Source of the DNA: Methanobacteriota archaeon
GTDB lineage: Archaea; Thermoplasmatota; Poseidoniia; Poseidoniales; Thalassarchaeaceae
NCBI GenBank assembly: GCA_002722595.1
Contig: PBMO01000021.1
Coordinates: 3,217-67,216 of the forward strand
Reading direction: 5' to 3'
Length of the DNA stretch: 64,000 nucleotides
In this document: positions 52,599 to 62,361 of the stretch, piece by piece
How the letters are laid out: each line of letters begins with the position of its first letter
Position numbering within the stretch: the first letter of the stretch is position 1
The notes under the pieces: generated by a model
The model's database searches: none
What the model was told of the DNA's origin: nothing
What the model saw: only the letters and a program-made list of their open reading frames with translations
Program-made: the position numbers and the translations under genes

Positions 52599-53065
52599 GC
52601 CCCCTGAGTTACGGTACTCAATGAGTCAAGAATTCTAGCAACATGTCGTCGTGGTCTAAATAACCAATCATAACAATAGTGAATTGTGCGATCTGGACCA
52701 ATAACAAATGATGACTTGGCAGGAAATCTACCCAGGAATATTGGTACACCGTAAGCATTAGCCACAGCACGATTTTCATCGGAAAGAATTGGAAATGGTA
52801 AATCCAGTTGCTGCTTGAATTCTTCATGATCTCTAGTTGGTTGTTGACTAATTCCGATAATTTCAACAGGTGGTGTCAATGATTGAAACAAGTCATATTG
52901 TTCCTTGAAAGTTAAACAACCTCTCTTGCAAGTGGGAGAACCATCCCTAGCATAGAAGAACAAAACCTTCCATGCGCCATCTAAATCAGATAAACTAAAT
53001 GATTCGCCATCTGATGTAGGCAAGGTGAAGTCAGGTGCCTTTTGCCCAGTCAAAGATGATGCCAT
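52595..53065 (-). CDS. Peroxiredoxin (BCP/PrxQ-like), atypical active site
   Basis: GQKAPDFTL, FFYARDGSPTCKRGC, LPFPILSD. Confidence 0.8.
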   Translation of the reverse strand: MASSLTGQKAPDFTLPTSDGESFSLSDLDGAWKVLFFYARDGSPTCKRGCLTFKEQYDLFQSLTPPVEIIGISQQPTRDHEEFKQQLDLPFPILSDENRAVANAYGVPIFLGRFPAKSSFVIGPDRTIHYCYDWLFRPRRHVARILDSLSTVTQGA

Positions 53066-53232
53066 TAATTCTCCCAACCTGAAACTACGTGTAAGTCAAC
53101 CGATGCAATAGTCAGAGTGACATCTCCACGCCCTACTGTTTATTCGACCATACTTTAGTTGATAAACACATGTTGAATGTCACGATTGCATCTAAACAGC
53201 GCATTATAACTGTAGGTTGACGATAATTCGCC

Positions 53233-53709
53233 ATGCGCACGATAGATGCTGACCTTGGTGTGGCAGCAATCGTGGTCCAAGATGGGGGGATATTGCTAGT
53301 CCAGGAAGGTCAGGGTTTGCATCAGGGACATTGGGGTCTACCGAAAGGTTTCGTAGAACCAGGAGAATTGCCAGCGAATGCAGTTATCAGAGAACTATAC
53401 GAAGAATGTGGCCTCACTGGTACAATAACCGGCTTAATTGGGATTAGAGAAGCACTTAGAGATTCGAATCCATGCGTGTTTATAGCCTATCAAGTGTATT
53501 CTCCAACCGATAATTTACGTCCTAATCTCGATGAAATATCTGCGGCTAGATTTTTCAAATTGGATGAGCTATCTGAATTGAGATGGATTAGTGATGCAAT
53601 GTATCTTCTTGCCAAATCTGGGCTTGAAGCGAGTGGACTCACATCTTCAATAGATTTCACATCCAAATTGGATTATCCATACCTCGTTCATCTATGTGGG
53701 GAGGCTTAA
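53233..53709 (+). CDS. NUDIX hydrolase
   Basis: WGLPKGFVEPGE...AVIRELYEECG Nudix box. Confidence 0.9.
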   Translation: MRTIDADLGVAAIVVQDGGILLVQEGQGLHQGHWGLPKGFVEPGELPANAVIRELYEECGLTGTITGLIGIREALRDSNPCVFIAYQVYSPTDNLRPNLDEISAARFFKLDELSELRWISDAMYLLAKSGLEASGLTSSIDFTSKLDYPYLVHLCGEA

Positions 53710-53713
53710 TTTC

Positions 53714-55237
53714 ATGAAACCAATTAGTGGAGATAGGATTCATGTTCTCAATGAACATGACATCGATACTAATGGCGATTTTGTCCTATATTGGATGATT
53801 GCAAACCGTCGTATACATTACAATCCTAGTTTACAACATGCCATTTCGATGTCATTTGAATTAAAAAAACCACTAATTGTTTTGGAAGCAATTTCAACCA
53901 GGCATCAATATGCTAGTGATCGAATATTGACTTTCATGATCCAAGGTATGCTTGAAAATCAGCAACAGTTTTCGGCTCATGATATCCGATATATTCCGTG
54001 GGTATCCACTCCCATCCAATCAGGCACTGGTTTATTGGAAAGAATTTCCGAAAAAGCAGCGATTGTTGTAACAGATTTATTTCCAACATATCATCCAAGG
54101 AAAGTGGTTGAATCTGCAAAGAAGAAAGTCAAAGTGAGATTCGAGGCAATTGATGGTAACGGATATCTCCCCCTCTCGATTGGAAACAAAGCATTCCCAA
54201 CTGCTCATTCTTTCCGCAGACACTTGCACGATCACTTTATTCAAAATTGGGAGGACATTCCCCTGGAGAATCCAATCCCAACAGAACATGCATTGTCAAT
54301 CCCCGAAGAACATTATCAGGAAATATTGAGTTCCAGCTCTATTGAACCTACACCATTAGAATGGATTTGGCGGGTTTGCCAAGGTGGTACTATTGGCCAA
54401 ACTGCTTTAGCAGCCTTGGAAATAGATCATTCAGTAAGTGCGGTCAAGTCTTACGAAGGTGGTCGTTCGAGTGCACTCATTCGTCTGGCCAGATTTATGG
54501 AGGATGGACTTAGAAGATATCACACAGATAGGAATGATTTGGTTCGTTGCGCTGCTAGTGGTTTATCTCCTTGGTTTCATTTTGGACACCTCTCAACAAT
54601 TGAAGTAATCATGCAGATACTCAAACGCGAGGATTGGGATCCAAATATGATAGATCCTAGTAGACGAGGCTCTCGTTCAGGTTGGTGGGGTCTTCCAGAG
54701 CCTGTTGAATCATTCCTCGATCAGATAATTACTTGGAGAGAACTAGGTTTCAATTTCGCCCATTATAGAGAAGATCACACCTCTATTGAATCCATACCAG
54801 AATGGGCCAAGAAATCTCTTAAGGAACATCATCAAGATCCCCGTCAAAGTTATACCTTTGAACAAATTGAAAATGCAGAAACTGAAGATGAACTGTGGAA
54901 TGCAGCACAACGACAATTGATGAGAGTCGGCATAATCCACAATTACTTGCGGATGGTATGGGGTAAGAGAATCCTAGAATGGGCGCCTAATGCAGAGACT
55001 GCTGCAGATTGGATGAAATATCTCAATGACAAATGGGCTCTAGATGGAAGAGATCCTAATTCTTACACAGGAATATTTTGGGTACTAGGCAGACATGATC
55101 GGGCATGGGGGCCTGAAAGGCCGATTTTTGGTAAAGTTCGATACATGTCTTCTGCAAATACTGCGAGGAAATTGAAAGTAGATGGATATCTGAATCGATG
55201 GGCTAGAGATGCGCTCCATTCTAATGATTACCCGTGA
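53714..55237 (+). CDS. phr: Deoxyribodipyrimidine photolyase, class II
   Basis: SGLSPWFHFG, WRELG.NF, LWNAAQ, HNYLRMVWGKRILEW, DGRDPNSYTG, HDRAW. Confidence 0.9.
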   Translation: MKPISGDRIHVLNEHDIDTNGDFVLYWMIANRRIHYNPSLQHAISMSFELKKPLIVLEAISTRHQYASDRILTFMIQGMLENQQQFSAHDIRYIPWVSTPIQSGTGLLERISEKAAIVVTDLFPTYHPRKVVESAKKKVKVRFEAIDGNGYLPLSIGNKAFPTAHSFRRHLHDHFIQNWEDIPLENPIPTEHALSIPEEHYQEILSSSSIEPTPLEWIWRVCQGGTIGQTALAALEIDHSVSAVKSYEGGRSSALIRLARFMEDGLRRYHTDRNDLVRCAASGLSPWFHFGHLSTIEVIMQILKREDWDPNMIDPSRRGSRSGWWGLPEPVESFLDQIITWRELGFNFAHYREDHTSIESIPEWAKKSLKEHHQDPRQSYTFEQIENAETEDELWNAAQRQLMRVGIIHNYLRMVWGKRILEWAPNAETAADWMKYLNDKWALDGRDPNSYTGIFWVLGRHDRAWGPERPIFGKVRYMSSANTARKLKVDGYLNRWARDALHSNDYP

Positions 55238-55246
55238 GGTTTGGAT

Positions 55247-56620
55247 ATGAAATTTGAATATGAAACTCGGACAGAAACACCCCGTCATGAAGTGTTTAAC
55301 TGGTTCGAAAGAAAGGGCTCATTCATCCGATTAATGCCTCCTTGGGAAGTAGCAGATTTAGTCAGTTCAGATGACAGTTTAGAAGACGGTGCAAAACGTA
55401 TTTTCCGTTTTCCAATGGGTCCGATAAAAATGACTTGGGTTGCTGAACATACAGGATATAATCCTCCCGAAAAATTCGAAGATGTAATGAAAAAGGGTCC
55501 ATTCAGTAGTTGGCACCATGTACATCGTTTTGTCGATACGGGTGGTTCGACAATTGTGCAGGAAAACATCGATTACAAATTACCACTCGGAGTTCTCGGT
55601 AGAGTATTTGGTTCACGTATGGTTCGCAAGCGTTTAGATCGCATGTTCAAAGCTAGAGAAGTAAGATTGATTCGTGATCTTGAAAGACACTCGGATTTTT
55701 CTCATATATCAAGAAAAAAGATACTCATTGCAGGGTCTTCAGGACTAATTGGTACACAATTAGTAGCATTTTTAGATACAGGGGGGCATGATGTTTGGCG
55801 CCTAGTTCGTCGCAGAATAAAGGATGGGGAGAAAGAGATTTTTTGGAATCCAGACACTGGAGAAATAGATCCCACAGATATTGAGGGTTTTGATATCGTA
55901 ATACATCTTGGAGGCGCGGGTATTGGAGACAAAAGGTGGTCGAAGAAACGCAAAGAGCTGATTGTTTCGTCCCGGAAAAACTCGACCACACTTTTATCCG
56001 ATACACTGAGTAGTCTTGAGAAAAAACCTGAAGTTTTCCTAATTGCAAGCGCAATTGGTTACTATGGCGATAGAGGAGACGAAATTTTAACCGAGAAAAG
56101 CCCACATGGGGAAGGATTCCTAACTGAAACAGTTCTTGCTTGGGAAGATTATTCACAGTCTGCCCGAAAATCAGGAATACGTGTAATCAAGATAAGAAAT
56201 GGGATAGTACTCTCTGCAATAGGAGGGGCACTCGGCAGAATGCTCTTGCCATGGAAAATGGGTGGAGGCGGACGTATTGGAAATGGGAAACAGTGGATGT
56301 CATGGATATCAATGGATGATGAAATTTATGCGATCCACCATTTGATTATGAGCAAAGAAACCGAAGGTGCATACAATTTGACAGCCCCTAATCCTGCTAG
56401 GCAGAAAGTATTCGCAAAAGTTCTCGGAAAAGTATTGAGGCGTCCTGCATTTGCCCCAATTCCAAAAATCTCCATGCGTATTTTGTTTGGGGAGTTAGCA
56501 GGTCCGTTATTGTTCGAAGGTCAACATGTACTACCCAGTCGTTTGCAACAATCTGGCTACCAATTTGTCCATGAAAAACTCGAACAGGCACTTCGTGATA
56601 CTCTTGGTGTTTGGAGATGA
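55247..56620 (+). CDS. SRPBCC domain fused to TIGR01777-family NAD-binding oxidoreductase
   Basis: N-terminal RLMPPW..GPFSSWHHVHRF; GSSGLIG, ASAIGYYGD, GNGKQWMSWI. Confidence 0.88.
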   Translation: MKFEYETRTETPRHEVFNWFERKGSFIRLMPPWEVADLVSSDDSLEDGAKRIFRFPMGPIKMTWVAEHTGYNPPEKFEDVMKKGPFSSWHHVHRFVDTGGSTIVQENIDYKLPLGVLGRVFGSRMVRKRLDRMFKAREVRLIRDLERHSDFSHISRKKILIAGSSGLIGTQLVAFLDTGGHDVWRLVRRRIKDGEKEIFWNPDTGEIDPTDIEGFDIVIHLGGAGIGDKRWSKKRKELIVSSRKNSTTLLSDTLSSLEKKPEVFLIASAIGYYGDRGDEILTEKSPHGEGFLTETVLAWEDYSQSARKSGIRVIKIRNGIVLSAIGGALGRMLLPWKMGGGGRIGNGKQWMSWISMDDEIYAIHHLIMSKETEGAYNLTAPNPARQKVFAKVLGKVLRRPAFAPIPKISMRILFGELAGPLLFEGQHVLPSRLQQSGYQFVHEKLEQALRDTLGVWR

Positions 56621-56624
56621 GAGA

Positions 56625-57092
56625 ATGGATACTCATGCGTTTTGGATCGGCGAAAAATTCCCTGATTTCTCTTTAAAAGACGATTCTGACGGTATTTATT
56701 CAAAAGCAGATTTACTTGGTGATTGGTCTGTAATATTCTTCTACCCTAAAGATGGTTCACCAGGGTGCACCATTGAGTCCTGTTTTTTCCGTGACAAACA
56801 ATCGAAAATAGAAAGCCTTGGCGCCAAAATAATCGGCATATCGGCGGATTCAGTTTCCCGTCATCAGAAATTCAAAGAAAAGCATAACATCCAATTTAAA
56901 TTACTCAGCGACCCTCAGAATCGTCTGCCAAAAAAGCTGCGCCTAAAACGGACACTTGGCTTCATGCGCGCCCGAGTCACCTTTGTTGTTGATCCTGAAG
57001 GAGTCATTCAGGCAACGACAACATCACAATTTAACCCAATCAAACACGTAACTAGGACAATACGCCAATTGAGAAAATTAACCTCAAATTAG
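56625..57092 (+). CDS. bcp: Peroxiredoxin (BCP/PrxQ), canonical
   Basis: FYPKDGSPGCTIESC, RVTFVVDPEG. Confidence 0.88.
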   Translation: MDTHAFWIGEKFPDFSLKDDSDGIYSKADLLGDWSVIFFYPKDGSPGCTIESCFFRDKQSKIESLGAKIIGISADSVSRHQKFKEKHNIQFKLLSDPQNRLPKKLRLKRTLGFMRARVTFVVDPEGVIQATTTSQFNPIKHVTRTIRQLRKLTSN

Positions 57093-58096
57093 GCAGTTAT
57101 TGACCAGATACCCAATGCACTGAGGGCGAATCTGATTTTTCTCATGAAGCCTAACTTTATTCGTGAAGATAGTACATCTCCTTCTCGGCGTTCCACCTCA
57201 TTCAAGATTTCTCCATAGACAATGCACATCATTTCTGGAGATTTTCGAGCCTTACGATCAAGAAGTGGTAATAGACGCATGGCATTGTCTCGATGGGTCT
57301 TTGCTCTGTGGACATAATGGCGCATGAAATTTTGCCACCTAGTTGTTCTAGCTAGAGCAGGGTCACTTAATTCTTTGATATCTATGTCAAATCTTGATAA
57401 TTCATCCATTGGAAGATAAACGCGTCCACGTGCGAGATCCTCATCAATATCGCGAAGAACATTTACCATTTGGAGGAAAATACCCATTTCTTCGGCATGT
57501 TCTCGTGCATTTGGATCAGTGTAACCATAAATCTCAATGAGAGAGAGTCCTACAGTCGATGCAACTTTGAAACAATATGAACGCATTTCCTCAAAAGTTC
57601 GATATTCAGTAGGGAATAAATCATCAGCCATACCTTCAAGCAATGTCCTCAAATCATCAATCCGAACTGAGAACTTCTCGATAGTATCTTGTAATGCAAT
57701 GAAGATTGGAGAATACACTTCCTTCCCATTTTCAATTAAGTTCAAGTTTTCATGGAACCACAATAGTGCTCTTACCCTCCGGACGAAATCATCTGATTGA
57801 TGTGATTCACATTGCCTATCTACAATCATTTGCAAAGCAGTATTTTCAGCTCTTTCATCAAGGTGTGATAAATCTACATCTGGCTGCCAATCACCATCGA
57901 CTATGTCATCTGCTCGTCGACAAAAAGCGTATAGTGCGAATACGGATTTTCTCCTTTCTTCATCAAGATAGCGAAATGAGCGCATGAATGATGTTGATGC
58001 AGAACGAGTGATATTCTCACACACGGTATAGGCCTGCGTAATTATTTTTTGACGAGATTCTAAACGAGAATCTGAATCCAAAAACGCCGAAGCCAT
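57089..58096 (-). CDS. crtB: Phytoene synthase
   Basis: YAFCRRADDIVD, YCFKVASTVG, QMVNVLRDIDED..RGRVYLP. Confidence 0.9.
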   Translation of the reverse strand: MASAFLDSDSRLESRQKIITQAYTVCENITRSASTSFMRSFRYLDEERRKSVFALYAFCRRADDIVDGDWQPDVDLSHLDERAENTALQMIVDRQCESHQSDDFVRRVRALLWFHENLNLIENGKEVYSPIFIALQDTIEKFSVRIDDLRTLLEGMADDLFPTEYRTFEEMRSYCFKVASTVGLSLIEIYGYTDPNAREHAEEMGIFLQMVNVLRDIDEDLARGRVYLPMDELSRFDIDIKELSDPALARTTRWQNFMRHYVHRAKTHRDNAMRLLPLLDRKARKSPEMMCIVYGEILNEVERREGDVLSSRIKLGFMRKIRFALSALGIWSITA

Positions 58097-58176
58097 AGGC
58101 TTCGTTCATCCTCCTCACTTATGAAGGGCTGTTTTGTTCAACGATGTCATATCGTATAGTGTGAGGATGCACCACT

Positions 58177-59088
58177 TCATCCTTTGAGCCCTTTAATCAT
58201 GGTATCAACCATTTTATCAAGATCAAATTCAGGTTTCCAGCCCCATTCCAATCGTGCAACTTCGTCTTCAATTTCATCAGGCCAAGAATCAGCATAATTT
58301 TGTCGAATATCAGGCGTGAACGTACAGGTAAAGTCTGGTAAATGGCGTTGAATACTCCCAACTAATTCTTTTGCTGTAAATGAACAACCCGCTATATTGT
58401 AGCCACCTCTTGCCGCACCTAATTTTTCCATAGGGATGTCCATTAATTCCAATGTGGCGCGAATTGCATCATCCATGTACATCATTGGTAATCGAGTGTC
58501 TTCTCGCACAAAACAGTCATAGTGTCCATCCTTCAAAGCAGCATGGAATATTTCCACAGCATAGTCGGTAGTACCCCCTCCTGCAGGCGCTTTGTAGGAT
58601 ACTAACCCTGGATATCGAATACCTCGCATATCTATTCCAGAGGTAATTGCCATTTGTTCACCAACCACCTTTGTTTTACCATATATTGTCGCTGGGTTAA
58701 GAGGAGTTACTTGCGGTGCAATCTTTGGACAATCAGGTCCAAAAACTGCGATTGATGATGGAGAAAATAAACGACAATCGTATTTCTTTGCAATTTCAAC
58801 AACATTCTCTAATCCTACAACATTAATGTCCCAGCATAATTCAGGATTTTTTTCTCCTGTTGCCGAAAGCAAAGCTGCGAGGTGATAAATCTCTGACACA
58901 TTTTCCTCACGAACCAGATAATCAATACCCTCTAAATCCAGAACATTTAGTACTCGACAATCATCATTTTCACGGACATCAGTTGGTATAACTGCATCAT
59001 ATCCGTGCACATTTCGTAAGGCCGTGACCAATTCCGTCCCGATTTGCCCAAGGGCGCCGGTGACAAGAATGCGCTTACCCATATACAT
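58177..59088 (-). CDS. tdh: L-threonine 3-dehydrogenase (extended SDR type)
   Basis: TGALGQIG, HLAALLSATGE, PSSIAVFG, YGKTK, GGGTTDYA, MMYMDD, ADSWP. Confidence 0.85.
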   Translation of the reverse strand: MYMGKRILVTGALGQIGTELVTALRNVHGYDAVIPTDVRENDDCRVLNVLDLEGIDYLVREENVSEIYHLAALLSATGEKNPELCWDINVVGLENVVEIAKKYDCRLFSPSSIAVFGPDCPKIAPQVTPLNPATIYGKTKVVGEQMAITSGIDMRGIRYPGLVSYKAPAGGGTTDYAVEIFHAALKDGHYDCFVREDTRLPMMYMDDAIRATLELMDIPMEKLGAARGGYNIAGCSFTAKELVGSIQRHLPDFTCTFTPDIRQNYADSWPDEIEDEVARLEWGWKPEFDLDKMVDTMIKGLKG

Positions 59089-59204
59089 AGTCAATTTTTG
59101 ACGATACTTGAACATGGGGGAGACCACGTCAAGGAGTCATGAACAAGTTCATCCGGGCGAATGTTCATAGGCATGACTCACTTCATGTAAACCCCGTTGA
59201 TGGC

Positions 59205-60857
59205 ATGAAGTACGTCGTAGTGTCGGGCGGAGTCCTTAGTGGGATTGGAAAAGGGGTAACGGCCTCAAGCATAGGTGTGTTGCTGAAATCAATGGGCCTT
59301 CGAGTCACTGCGATAAAGATTGATCCATATTTGAATAGTGATGCTGGGACCATGAGTCCGTTTGAACATGGTGAAGTGTTTGTGCTCGATGATGGCGGCG
59401 AAGTAGATTTAGACTTGGGTAATTACGAGCGGTTCTTAGATATTCGACTTGGTCGAGATAACAATCTAACAACTGGAAAAGTTTACTCTGGAGTAATCGA
59501 ACGTGAGCGAAGAGGAGATTATCTTGGAAAAACCGTTCAGGTAGTCCCCCACATTACCGATGAGATTCAAAATTGGGTTGAAAGGGTTGCTGCTCAATCT
59601 ACTGATGGTTCGGGCGAGACACCCGATGTGTGTGTAATTGAGCTTGGAGGAACGGTTGGCGACATCGAGAGTGCACCATTTGTAGAGGCACTTCGACAGT
59701 TCCAATTTAGGGTTGGCCGAGAAAACATGTGTTTATTCCATGTTTCATTGGTTCCTGTAATTGGAGTAGTTGGTGAACAAAAAACAAAGCCCACTCAGCA
59801 CACAGTTAAGGAACTAAGAGCAGCAGGCTTAGCACCTGACTTCCTCGTTTGTCGAAGTAGCGAACCCCTACTTTCAGAAGTTAAGGAGAAATTATCCTCT
59901 TTTTGTCATGTTGAACCCTCAAATGTGTATAGTGCCCATGATGTTCCAAACATCTACCATGTTGCTCTAATGCTTGATGAACAAGGAGTCACATCGAAAC
60001 TATCGGATAGATTGGGACTACCACTTCCCGCTTCACGACCAGTTCTTGATTCATGGAGAAAAATGGCAGAAAGAGTAGATAATTTGGATAAAGATGTCCG
60101 AATTTCTATGGTTGGTAAGTACACTGGACTGTCTGATTCCTATCTCAGTGTAATCAAGGCATTACAACATTCTGCGTTTAATGCTGGTGCGCGAATCAAT
60201 ATCGATTGGGTCGAAGCCGAATATCTTGAACCTCACCAAGAAAAGTCGAATCCAGAGAAATATGCGGCTTATTGGCAAATGATCAAAGATTCCGATGGAG
60301 TGTTGGTCCCAGGTGGCTTTGGCAATCGTGGTGTAGAAGGCAAGATGTGTGCTGCACGCTATTGTCGAGAAACCGGTAAACCTTACCTAGGCATCTGCCT
60401 AGGTTTACAAATTGCAGTGATTGACTTCGCACGTGACGTTCTTGGCAAGGTGGGGGCCAATAGTACCGAATTCGATGAAGACACACCTCACCCGACAGTC
60501 ATTTTCATGCCTGAAGGTAGCCGTACCCACATGGGTGGAACCATGCGATTAGGAAGCCGTCAAACCAATCTACAAACTGAAGATTGTGACGCATACCGTC
60601 TATATGGTGGTGAGATGGAAATCCACGAGCGACATCGCCACAGATACGAAGTCAATCCAGATATGGTTGACGAGTTAGAAGCCGCAGGTCTGCGATTTGT
60701 TGGTAAAGACACCGAAGGAGAACGTATGGAAATAATCGAACTCACTGGACACCCCTATTTCTTCGCGACTCAGTATCACCCGGAATTCAAGAGTCGACCT
60801 AATCGCCCGAGCCCACCATTTGTGGGACTCATTGAAGCAGCACTGAACGCACAATAG
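59205..60857 (+). CDS. pyrG: CTP synthase
   Basis: [44 protein letters not shown]. Confidence 0.97.
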   Translation: MKYVVVSGGVLSGIGKGVTASSIGVLLKSMGLRVTAIKIDPYLNSDAGTMSPFEHGEVFVLDDGGEVDLDLGNYERFLDIRLGRDNNLTTGKVYSGVIERERRGDYLGKTVQVVPHITDEIQNWVERVAAQSTDGSGETPDVCVIELGGTVGDIESAPFVEALRQFQFRVGRENMCLFHVSLVPVIGVVGEQKTKPTQHTVKELRAAGLAPDFLVCRSSEPLLSEVKEKLSSFCHVEPSNVYSAHDVPNIYHVALMLDEQGVTSKLSDRLGLPLPASRPVLDSWRKMAERVDNLDKDVRISMVGKYTGLSDSYLSVIKALQHSAFNAGARINIDWVEAEYLEPHQEKSNPEKYAAYWQMIKDSDGVLVPGGFGNRGVEGKMCAARYCRETGKPYLGICLGLQIAVIDFARDVLGKVGANSTEFDEDTPHPTVIFMPEGSRTHMGGTMRLGSRQTNLQTEDCDAYRLYGGEMEIHERHRHRYEVNPDMVDELEAAGLRFVGKDTEGERMEIIELTGHPYFFATQYHPEFKSRPNRPSPPFVGLIEAALNAQ

Positions 60858-60861
60858 ATTT

Positions 60862-61113
60862 TCACTGTCGATCAATTTCTGGGACGGGGCAGGGTAACGG
60901 GTCACATTCACAAGTTTTCAGAACAATTGCTTGAAGAAATAGTGGTTTTCCATCAACATCATTTGTTCTTTGAATCCCACCCTGTGGCCGCCAGCCCTCA
61001 GAAAGCTTGTCGTTTACGAGTGAAATAAGGCCTTGGTTAACCATAGATGGCCAATTGGCAACCCCAAGTGGTTTATCTTCCATATGATTTGCAGTGATTA
61101 TGTTATATCGCAT
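60862..61113 (-). CDS. Small DUF1737-like protein
   Basis: VNDKLSEGWRPQGG..FLQAIV pattern. Confidence 0.6.
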   Translation of the reverse strand: MRYNIITANHMEDKPLGVANWPSMVNQGLISLVNDKLSEGWRPQGGIQRTNDVDGKPLFLQAIVLKTCECDPLPCPVPEIDRQ

Positions 61114-61147
61114 AGGAGTGGACCTAGATTCCGACTTACTTGAACCC

Positions 61148-62266
61148 TTACTCTACAGCCACCCGAAGAAGTCGAGTTGTTCGATATCCCTGTAGAACCT
61201 TGAGATATTTCTTGGTCTGAAATTCAGCATCCAAGTTAGTATCTCCTGTATCTATTCTCAATTGATTAACAGTCAACATTTTTGCAGGCGTGACTACACC
61301 CATAACAGCCTCAATCCCAATCGCTCGCAATACGTCCGGGGATAGTTGTAAATTCCCGCGACCCAAGAGAAACCCTTGTCCTCCCATTGGAGAAACCAAT
61401 AGTGTACACTCTCCCTTGTGGTTGGAGATCAGTTTCAATAAAGATTCTTCATTTAGATCAGTTCCAATTTGTTTTCCCCCGATTGTTGCATCGATTCCGA
61501 GTAAAGTTGGGGCAAAACCAATTCCCTCTCCAATAGTTCGCAACGTCCCCCCTGAACCCCAGATGACTAAACGTTCAGAATCTTCAACGAACACTTCCCG
61601 AATATGATCCCCGAGAGCCTCCAGAACTTCATCCTCTTCAGTCGCCTGCACACGCATCTTTGCACCTTGCATCCAACGAGGACTTGCCGGCATCATAGCC
61701 TCCCCATACATTCGAACAGACCAGCGACCTTGACGATACACTTCTTCATCCAGATCCATCACCTCGGTTCGAGCCAATAGCAAATCTCCTTCCAGCCAAG
61801 CGATTAGCACTTCAGCTGCAGCGTTTGGCGATGCTGCAAAACAACCACTGTGCATTTTGACTCCTCCCGGGACTCCAATAATCGGCAAATCTGGGTCACT
61901 CAATGCCTCGACAATGTCTCTAGTTGTGCCATCTCCCCCGGCATATAGCAATAATTCAATATCAGAATCGCACAATGATTTGACAGCCTCTTGAGTAGTT
62001 TGAGCAGAGGTCCTTTTTGGTGTTTCAAAGATTACAGTATGGTCAATAGGGCACCAATTTGAGCCCATATTCCCTGAACAAGTTAAAATCTCAACATCCT
62101 CTAATCTGTCATGGCACCGCTGTAATGCTAACATCATACGTGGTCCAGAACGATCCTCTGCACCGGCGGCTCTTGCTTCATCTGCCCGTCCATCACTGCC
62201 TTTGAATCCAAGCCGACCACCAAGTCCGGCATCTGGATTCACAATCATGCCTATGCGGCGGGCCAT
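61148..62266 (-). CDS. ATP-NAD/AcoX kinase family protein
   Basis: NPDAGLGG..G.KGSDG, GGDGTTRD, GVKMHSG, GGQGFLLGRGN.Q, DTGD. Confidence 0.85.
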   Translation of the reverse strand: MARRIGMIVNPDAGLGGRLGFKGSDGRADEARAAGAEDRSGPRMMLALQRCHDRLEDVEILTCSGNMGSNWCPIDHTVIFETPKRTSAQTTQEAVKSLCDSDIELLLYAGGDGTTRDIVEALSDPDLPIIGVPGGVKMHSGCFAASPNAAAEVLIAWLEGDLLLARTEVMDLDEEVYRQGRWSVRMYGEAMMPASPRWMQGAKMRVQATEEDEVLEALGDHIREVFVEDSERLVIWGSGGTLRTIGEGIGFAPTLLGIDATIGGKQIGTDLNEESLLKLISNHKGECTLLVSPMGGQGFLLGRGNLQLSPDVLRAIGIEAVMGVVTPAKMLTVNQLRIDTGDTNLDAEFQTKKYLKVLQGYRTTRLLRVAVE

Positions 62267-62361
62267 GTCTGCGCCAAGCAATTGGAGGGCATCAATCCTG
62301 CCCTAGGGGCAGGACCCCATGAAGCCACATATTTCAAGGGGTAGAGTAGGAGTCGAAGTAC

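Noticed and set aside
53066..53232. CarH/LitR-type operator repeats (TAAACA/TGTTTA) in the divergent promoter
   Set aside because: Only scattered hexamers without regular 11-bp phasing, and no CarH gene in the window
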